This document shows, in pieces, positions 14,637 through 18,899 of a stretch of 18,899 nt of DNA. The stretch lies in IMG/VR virus record IMGVR_UViG_3300045988_024633. One strand, given 5' to 3'. Below the pieces are notes generated by a model. The model saw only the letters and a program-made list of their open reading frames with translations. It had not been told where the DNA came from and did not search any database. A program made the position numbers and the translations under genes. The stretch is from a virus. Every line of letters begins with the position of its first letter. Within the stretch, counting starts at the first letter, position 1.

Positions 14637-14664
14637 GGTATAACTTCCCTTGCTTGCTTGTCGG

Positions 14665-15627
14665 CTACTGTTCCAGTGCGCCCGCTTCCGTCAACCACCG
14701 ATCAAACTGCTTGCGGGAACGCTGATAACCCTTGCTGTTATCCCGAAAAACCGAAGTGAAACCGTGGCGAACTGGGTCATACACCGTCCAGTCGAACACG
14801 ATTCGTGGTGCGTCCGTCTGTTCGATAAACGCGCGTTTTTGCGCTGCCGACAATTGACGGAATCGTTTCAGTCGTTTCGAGCCAAGCGTGGTGGCTAGAA
14901 TCTTCTCGAACACCTCGTACCGTCCGCGTGACATATAAGACGGCCATTCATGCTCGCCATACAAGTCTTTACCCTGTTTGCCGCCCCCCCGCTTTTTGGA
15001 CGGTTTGCGTTTCTGTTCGGTACGCAAGCCCAATATTTCGGCGGCGTCATGCATCTGCTCAAGCAGTTCGTTACGGTGTCCGCTTTCCAATTGGGAGCGA
15101 ACGAACGCCTCATCACTTAACACGTTGGTCATTTGCAGAAAATCGGTGAGCTTTGAAGGAATGATTTGATTACGTCCGAAACTTTCGCCGGTGGTTCCGG
15201 TGATTTCGGCCACGCGCTGTTCGTACACGCTTTTCGCAGGCATGGCCTGAGCTTTGTTCCATTCGTTGATTTTACGTCGTGCCGCATTGATTTTCCGCTG
15301 CTGCTGCCGCAATAGTTTGCGTCGTTTCGCCACCGGCTCCGCGTCGATCTGCGCGTTGGTGATGGGCGTGCGCTGGGCGAACATGATGTCTTTTTTCGTC
15401 GGTTTCTCGACTGCGGTGGCGTGATATGGGGTTGCTTTCGCTTCCGCTATGACCTGTTTCTTCTGCCGATCCCACTCCTTGCCTAGCGTTTTTGCGATGT
15501 TGACTAGTTGTTTGTCCGCGGTTTTGGCGAGGTTCGAGTGTGAGTATGAGCCAAGCTGTTTGATGTTGCGTGCGGCACGTGCTTGCGCGGCCTGACGTGC
15601 CTTGACATGCTTTTGCTTTCGAGGCAT
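14665..15627 (-). CDS. Putative terminal protein (replication primer), 320 aa
   Basis: It lies immediately upstream of the DNAP as phi29 gene 3 does. The protein is very basic and K/R/Q-rich. I saw no clear sequence similarity to phi29 TP, so the call rests on position and composition. I set the start to ATG 15627, with AAGGA 9 nt upstream. Confidence 0.55.
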   Translation of the reverse strand: MPRKQKHVKARQAAQARAARNIKQLGSYSHSNLAKTADKQLVNIAKTLGKEWDRQKKQVIAEAKATPYHATAVEKPTKKDIMFAQRTPITNAQIDAEPVAKRRKLLRQQQRKINAARRKINEWNKAQAMPAKSVYEQRVAEITGTTGESFGRNQIIPSKLTDFLQMTNVLSDEAFVRSQLESGHRNELLEQMHDAAEILGLRTEQKRKPSKKRGGGKQGKDLYGEHEWPSYMSRGRYEVFEKILATTLGSKRLKRFRQLSAAQKRAFIEQTDAPRIVFDWTVYDPVRHGFTSVFRDNSKGYQRSRKQFDRWLTEAGALEQ

Positions 15628-15649
15628 ATGGCACAATCCTTAAGATGGC

Positions 15650-15673
15650 GAGAGCACCCAAATGGGTGCTCTC
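15650..15673 (-). promoter_or_regulatory. Perfect 11-bp inverted repeat in the leader of the TP gene (operator or RNA hairpin)
   Basis: GAGAGCACCCA-AA-TGGGTGCTCTC lies between the promoter at 15696..15704 and the TP SD. Confidence 0.55.
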
Positions 15674-15695
15674 TATGAATGAACGCTACCTAACG

Positions 15696-15704
15696 ATTAT
15701 AGCA
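15696..15704 (-). promoter_or_regulatory. Extended -10 promoter TGCTATAAT upstream of the TP-DNAP genes
   Basis: This perfect TGnTATAAT lies in the 83-nt gap after the SSB-like gene stop. Confidence 0.55.
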
Positions 15705-15710
15705 AGCTGT

Positions 15711-16145
15711 TCACTTGGTTTCCTCGTCCACCGGCTCAATGCTGAAAAACTTGAATCCACGACGGGAGCGGCGTTCCACCACCTTGATGCACAACGGTTC
15801 AGTCCAAGTGTTCGGCGCGCCGAAGATACCGAACATGGTGTTCAGTCCCGCGGCGAGAGTCGGGGAGGTGGCCGCGTACGCCTTGTTGTCGTCGGTCACG
15901 ATGATGACGCGCACGGTGTTGGAGATTTCTCCCGTCTGGTCGTCTGTCACCTGCACGGCCTGAGCGACTGCGTTCGTCATGTTCAACGGCTCGTTAAGAT
16001 GTTCTTCGAGCTTTTCGGCGTTCTGCAATGCGCTGTAAAGCTTGATCTTGCCTTCGCGCGTCGAGGTGTCGATGAAGTGCTGGACGGTGCCGAGTTCGGT
16101 GTTTTCGGTGTCGAATGCGACGAGTGCGGTATTGTTGTTTCCCAT
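15711..16145 (-). CDS. Single-stranded DNA-binding protein (phi29 p5-like), 144 aa
   Basis: By-eye similarity to my recollection of p5 includes N-terminal ALVAFDTENTELG vs VKATFDTETLEG, central NAVAQAVQVTDD vs NAIAQYKQVSD, and C-terminal IKVVERRSRRGFKFFSIE vs VKVVQGTSSKGNVFFSLQ. Its position matches phi29 gene 5. Confidence 0.6.
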   Translation of the reverse strand: MGNNNTALVAFDTENTELGTVQHFIDTSTREGKIKLYSALQNAEKLEEHLNEPLNMTNAVAQAVQVTDDQTGEISNTVRVIIVTDDNKAYAATSPTLAAGLNTMFGIFGAPNTWTEPLCIKVVERRSRRGFKFFSIEPVDEETK

Positions 16146-16207
16146 TGTTTAACCTTTCCTAGATTATTGTTATTTTGTTTTCAGGCTTGCGCCTAAAATC
16201 TTCTATA

Positions 16208-16525
16208 TCACACGTCTTCGTTATTTTCAACGTCGGCGTGTCGATTTTTTGTGTGCTCTTCGGGGTTCCATTCTTGCGGTTCCTCGAAAGTGGCGTGCTT
16301 GTAAAACATGTCCTCGTCCATAGTCACTTTCTGCGAGTAAATATGGATTGAGCGTGGAATGAAGTTCGGAAACAGTCTTTTCGCTCTGACCTGATAGGCG
16401 AGTGCATCTTTGAGCCGTCCGTCAACGACGTGTTCGGCTGCCATGAAATCGCCATCAACCAACTCCATGCCCTTAAGCACGGCGTAGACGCGAGTGCGAA
16501 AAATTTCGGTTTTGGTTCTAGCCAA
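16208..16525 (-). CDS. Putative dsDNA-binding / origin-organising protein (phi29 p6-like), 105 aa
   Basis: Its size (105 vs 104 aa), position (gene 6 slot) and acidic C-terminal tail fit p6. Similarity to my recollection of p6 is weak (TEIFRTRVYAVLKGMELVDGD vs REITKTTVNVAKMVMVDGE). The TTG start is preceded by AAGGGAGGT and 5 nt. Confidence 0.45.
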   Translation of the reverse strand: MARTKTEIFRTRVYAVLKGMELVDGDFMAAEHVVDGRLKDALAYQVRAKRLFPNFIPRSIHIYSQKVTMDEDMFYKHATFEEPQEWNPEEHTKNRHADVENNEDV

Positions 16526-16528
16526 TTT

Positions 16529-17047
16529 TTACCTCCCTTGCAGTAAGATTTTTTCTAAATCACCATCAGTATAACGAGTCGTGTCCAGTCTGTCAAAATT
16601 TTTAAACACGGCGATAATCAAGTTTTGCGCTTGCGGGTTGTCGAAAATCGTGCAACAGTCATACGACGTGCCGCCCTTGACCGCACACACCGCACACCAT
16701 GCAATCAGGTTAGGCGGATTGATGGAGCCGTCCAAATATTCCACGTCATACGTTCGAGATAGTGCGGCGGCGAGTCCGTCCCACATGGTCAGACTGCCGC
16801 AAATCTGTGACACCATGACAACCGCTTGCGTAAACCATGCGCTAGGCGCGTCACGCCATAGTTCGCATAGCATGTTCACGGCACGGCAGCACGTTTCAAA
16901 ATCGCCAAAACCCATGTCAAACCGCTTCAAGTTCAACTCACGCTTATGGCCTTTTGTGGCGCGGACAATACGTTTGCTTTCCATGATCGCATCATCGAAG
17001 TCACGCATGCGACGGATAGGACGCCTATCGTCGCCACGCCTAAACAT
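16529..17047 (-). CDS. Early protein, unknown function, 172 aa (Cys-rich)
   Basis: The ORF has GAGGAA 7 nt upstream of its ATG and is tightly packed in the early operon. I recognised no motif. Confidence 0.7.
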   Translation of the reverse strand: MFRRGDDRRPIRRMRDFDDAIMESKRIVRATKGHKRELNLKRFDMGFGDFETCCRAVNMLCELWRDAPSAWFTQAVVMVSQICGSLTMWDGLAAALSRTYDVEYLDGSINPPNLIAWCAVCAVKGGTSYDCCTIFDNPQAQNLIIAVFKNFDRLDTTRYTDGDLEKILLQGR

Positions 17048-17216
17048 AGTACCGTTCCTCGACTCGAAAATAGCTGATATTCTCCGTATGAGAGCGGATA
17101 GCCGCCCACCGCTTGATCAAGTCCGCCGCATCCTTATACGAGGGCGCGTAGCCGACTTCGATAGGCGGTTTACGCGCATCCCTTAAATATGCGAGAGCCA
17201 CGAAAGTGCTGTACAT
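17040..17216 (-). CDS. Small early protein, 58 aa (below the ORF-track cutoff)
   Basis: Hand translation gives MYSTFVALAYLRDARKPPIEVGYAPSYKDAADLIKRWAAIRSHTENISYFRVEERYYV. It fills an otherwise gene-free 171-nt gap. GGAG lies 8 nt upstream. Its stop overlaps the next gene's start (ATGTTTAG). Confidence 0.5.
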   Translation of the reverse strand: MYSTFVALAYLRDARKPPIEVGYAPSYKDAADLIKRWAAIRSHTENISYFRVEERYYV

Positions 17217-17218
17217 GC

Positions 17219-17422
17219 CTAAAACTCCAGTTCGTCGACAAAATCACTGTCACCATACAACCACATGTCCAGCCACACGTCAGGGCGGGGGCACCGTTTC
17301 GGCGGATTGGTGGCGCTCCGCTTATGTTGTCTTCCGGCCCAAAACGCACGCAACCGCCAATAACTATCGGCGTCCGGACACGTGCCGCACGTCCACGAGT
17401 GTATCCAACCGCGAAAATACAT
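17219..17422 (-). CDS. Small early protein, 67 aa, unknown function
   Basis: A strong SD (AGGGAGGA) precedes the ATG. The protein is Trp/Cys-rich. Confidence 0.65.
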   Translation of the reverse strand: MYFRGWIHSWTCGTCPDADSYWRLRAFWAGRQHKRSATNPPKRCPRPDVWLDMWLYGDSDFVDELEF

Positions 17423-17424
17423 GG

Positions 17425-17670
17425 CTAATTCCTCCCTAAAAGCGGAGTGAGCGCCAAGTCGGTGGCATCGACGATAATGTCAACCACTTGGTCGTAGTCA
17501 CATGCATCGTACGGAACCAATGCAACAGCGTCGGTCAATCCGTCCTGCGAGTAAAACCGGACATCATACCGCAATTCGTACACACTGCGGTGTGCGCAAT
17601 ACCACAGTCCAACGTCACCACCCCTAAACGGAGAGTGAAACGTTGCAATCTTCCTGTCATCCTTAACCAT
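17425..17670 (-). CDS. Small early protein, 81 aa, unknown function
   Basis: The SD is GAAAGGGG. The start is separated from the upstream stop by one nucleotide (TGAAATG). Confidence 0.65.
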   Translation of the reverse strand: MVKDDRKIATFHSPFRGGDVGLWYCAHRSVYELRYDVRFYSQDGLTDAVALVPYDACDYDQVVDIIVDATDLALTPLLGRN

Positions 17671-17671
17671 T

Positions 17672-17944
17672 TCAGGCCCCTTTCACAACGAAAACCAACA
17701 CAATAGCCACGCTCACAGTAAGCATGACCAAAAAGCAAAAAACGTCACGCGCATTGCGCGGGAGTTCGCAAAACACCATAGCCGCCATCGTGAGAAACAG
17801 CACGGAAAGAATGCAGATGGCAACAATCATGCCAACCATTATAACATCACCACCTATCAGACTAAAACACTCAAACCATGCCAAAAACGACAACAACACC
17901 AATAACACACGCACAAATAACAAGAACAGAAACAAACATATCAA
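17672..17944 (-). CDS. Small early membrane protein (90 aa from TTG 17944; 55 aa if ATG 17839)
   Basis: The protein is extremely hydrophobic, with 2-3 TM segments. The TTG start overlaps the upstream stop (TTGA). The alternative ATG at 17839 has GGTGGTGA 7 nt upstream. Confidence 0.55.
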   Translation of the reverse strand: MICLFLFLLFVRVLLVLLSFLAWFECFSLIGGDVIMVGMIVAICILSVLFLTMAAMVFCELPRNARDVFCFLVMLTVSVAIVLVFVVKGA

Positions 17945-18174
17945 TACACCACACTATAAAAATAAGCCATATATTCACCCCCGACGACACGCCTTGGCGG
18001 GAACTGGCTAACACGAGCGTAAAGCATGACTCCCTCAAGCTGGAGGACCCTACACAAAGCCTCATAAGAGTCTTTGGCGTGAACTACACGGTAATTACGA
18101 GTCGGAGCTTCCACTTGGAGATAATCAACACAAGACCAATCAACTACGATATACGTATGCTCTCTCACAATCAT
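17941..18174 (-). CDS. Early protein, 77 aa, paralog 1 of a tandem pair
   Basis: The SD is AGGAAGGGTGA. It is about 60% identical to the product of 18250..18483. Confidence 0.7.
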   Translation of the reverse strand: MIVREHTYIVVDWSCVDYLQVEAPTRNYRVVHAKDSYEALCRVLQLEGVMLYARVSQFPPRRVVGGEYMAYFYSVVY

Positions 18175-18249
18175 TCACCCTTCCTATTTGCGCAATAATA
18201 GTCAACGGAACCGTCCGTTCGCCAATACTTCAGGTTTGACAATTCCATA

Positions 18250-18483
18250 TCAATACACCACCTTGTAACAATAAGACACATATCCGCTTGCAACGTTATG
18301 TTCGGAAGAAAGCAGGTTAACGTGAGCGTAAAATATGACTCCTTCAATCTGAAGAACTCTACGCAAAGCTTCATAAGAGTCTTTGGCATGGACTACACGG
18401 TAACTACGAGTCGGCGCTTCCACTTGGAGATAGTCACGACCATTCCACTCAACAATGATATACGTATACCCTCTCACAATCAT
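18250..18483 (-). CDS. Early protein, 77 aa, paralog 2 of a tandem pair
   Basis: I set the start to ATG 18483, preceded by GGAAGGGAGA. This gives the same length and N-terminus (MIVR..TYI) as paralog 1. The 27-aa N-terminal extension in the track has no SD. Confidence 0.7.
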   Translation of the reverse strand: MIVRGYTYIIVEWNGRDYLQVEAPTRSYRVVHAKDSYEALRRVLQIEGVIFYAHVNLLSSEHNVASGYVSYCYKVVY

Positions 18484-18496
18484 TCTCCCTTCCTGC

Positions 18497-18697
18497 TCAC
18501 GCTTCCTCGAACGCTTCCGTAAAATCATCGGCCGGAAACGAATCACAATCATCATATTTCTCAATGGTCATATCATTGACCAAAGACACATGATGCAGAT
18601 TCTCGACAATCGCGTCAACATCAAAATCATCAATAAACTGGTCGCTGTTCAGAATGTAGTCCTCAACGTAATCCTTGATAATCTTATCGTTAATCAT
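18497..18697 (-). CDS. Highly acidic early protein, 66 aa (candidate DNA mimic / anti-defence)
   Basis: It is the first gene inside the right ITR, and its ATG and SD are part of the ITR. It has 20 D/E versus 3 K and no R. Confidence 0.75.
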   Translation of the reverse strand: MINDKIIKDYVEDYILNSDQFIDDFDVDAIVENLHHVSLVNDMTIEKYDDCDSFPADDFTEAFEEA

Positions 18698-18899
18698 TTT
18701 ATTTCCTTTCCCTTGAAGCTGATAACTACACTATAACACAAACAAAAACACGACACGCCCGAAAACAAAACAAAGCAAAATATTAAAAGACAACTACCGG
18801 CCGAGCAGTAAGCTACGGTTACGTTACCGTAACTTAGCGGGACATGGACTGTTGTATATACAACCATTGACACAGTGTCAATAAAAAAAACGACACGCC
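18690..18899. repeat. Right inverted terminal repeat (210 bp)
   Basis: It is the exact reverse complement of 1..210. Confidence 0.97.
18730..18738 (-). promoter_or_regulatory. Extended -10 promoter TGTTATAGT in the right ITR (mirror of 162..170)
   Basis: It is identical to the left-ITR element by ITR symmetry. Confidence 0.5.

Larger units (their letters stand above)
1..18899. other. Complete linear genome of a phi29-like protein-primed podophage
   Basis: Perfect ITRs sit exactly at both window ends. The replication (p6-like, p5-like, TP, DNAP), morphogenesis (scaffold, MCP, tail knob, connector, collar), packaging ATPase and lysis genes are all present in phi29-like synteny. The size matches the ~18-20 kb of this group. 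Confidence 0.85.

Noticed and set aside
15272-15661. 129-aa Arg-rich alternative-frame ORF inside the terminal-protein gene
   Set aside because: It lies entirely within the TP ORF in another frame and has no SD. Its composition mirrors the K/R-rich coding frame.
16146-16207. Small hairpin UUUUAGGC-GCAA-GCCUGAAAA between the p6-like and SSB-like genes as a terminator
   Set aside because: It has only a 4-bp GC core with weak A-U extensions. No U-tract follows on the transcribed (minus) strand, so it is not a convincing terminator.
17871-18389. Alternative-frame minus ORFs 17871..18065 (64 aa) and 18171..18389 (72 aa) across the duplicated region
   Set aside because: Both overlap the 77-aa paralogs out of frame. 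Their mutual similarity (..WCIDM..) is simply a consequence of the DNA duplication. Neither has an SD. The hydrophobic tail of 17871..18065 is a by-product of the G-poor tract.
1-18899. Possibility that the ITR-bounded element is a linear plasmid, casposon or polinton-like transposon, or a temperate element
   Set aside because: It carries a full capsid, connector, tail and lysis gene set and a packaging ATPase. It has no integrase, transposase, Cas1, partition or repressor-type genes. This is consistent with a virulent phage genome.
1-18899. Search for tRNA, rRNA, CRISPR arrays and long tandem repeats
   Set aside because: I saw no cloverleaf-like or rRNA-like sequence and no repeat-spacer periodicity. 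The only tandem repeats are the coding ~138-nt repeats in the fibre gene and the 309-nt gene duplication, both reported above.

Overview
The window is a complete linear genome of a phi29-like, protein-primed podophage (18,899 bp). It is bounded by perfect 210-bp inverted terminal repeats (1..210 and 18690..18899). I found no integrase, tRNA, rRNA or CRISPR array. All genes but one lie on the minus strand, so the map reads from the right end to the left. First come small early genes of unknown function, including a very acidic 66-aa protein, two tandem 77-aa paralogs and a small membrane protein. Next is the replication module in phi29 order 6-5-3-2: a p6-like dsDNA binder, a p5-like SSB, a putative terminal protein and a family-B protein-primed DNA polymerase. 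A 232-nt non-coding gap follows, bracketed by its own promoter and terminator. The morphogenesis module comes next: scaffold, major capsid protein with Ig-like C-terminus, gp9-like tail knob, gp10-like connector, gp11-like lower collar, four fibre-region genes and a CHAP tail lysin. The map ends with the gp16-like packaging ATPase, holin and CHAP-SH3b endolysin. One small acidic gene (203..460, +) reads inward from the left ITR. Homology calls rest on by-eye comparison with phi29 protein sequences recalled from memory, plus motifs and synteny. The ORF track uses longest ORFs with TTG or GTG starts, so I re-set several starts to ATG codons that have Shine-Dalgarno sites. Main hunt results: (1) a candidate ~165-nt packaging-RNA (pRNA)-like gene between the polymerase and scaffold genes; (2) a polymerase whose 3'-5' exonuclease catalytic residues look substituted, with NTD in place of DTD in motif C; (3) ITRs that carry an identical promoter, SD and start codon for two different inward-facing acidic proteins, one a candidate DNA mimic; (4) the terminal decamer plus T-tract recurring internally; (5) three adjacent genes sharing one fibre N-terminal module, the longest carrying an SGNH esterase domain; (6) several regulatory hairpins and recurring extended -10 (TGnTATAAT) promoters. 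RNA folds, promoters and alignments were all done by hand and need computational and experimental confirmation.
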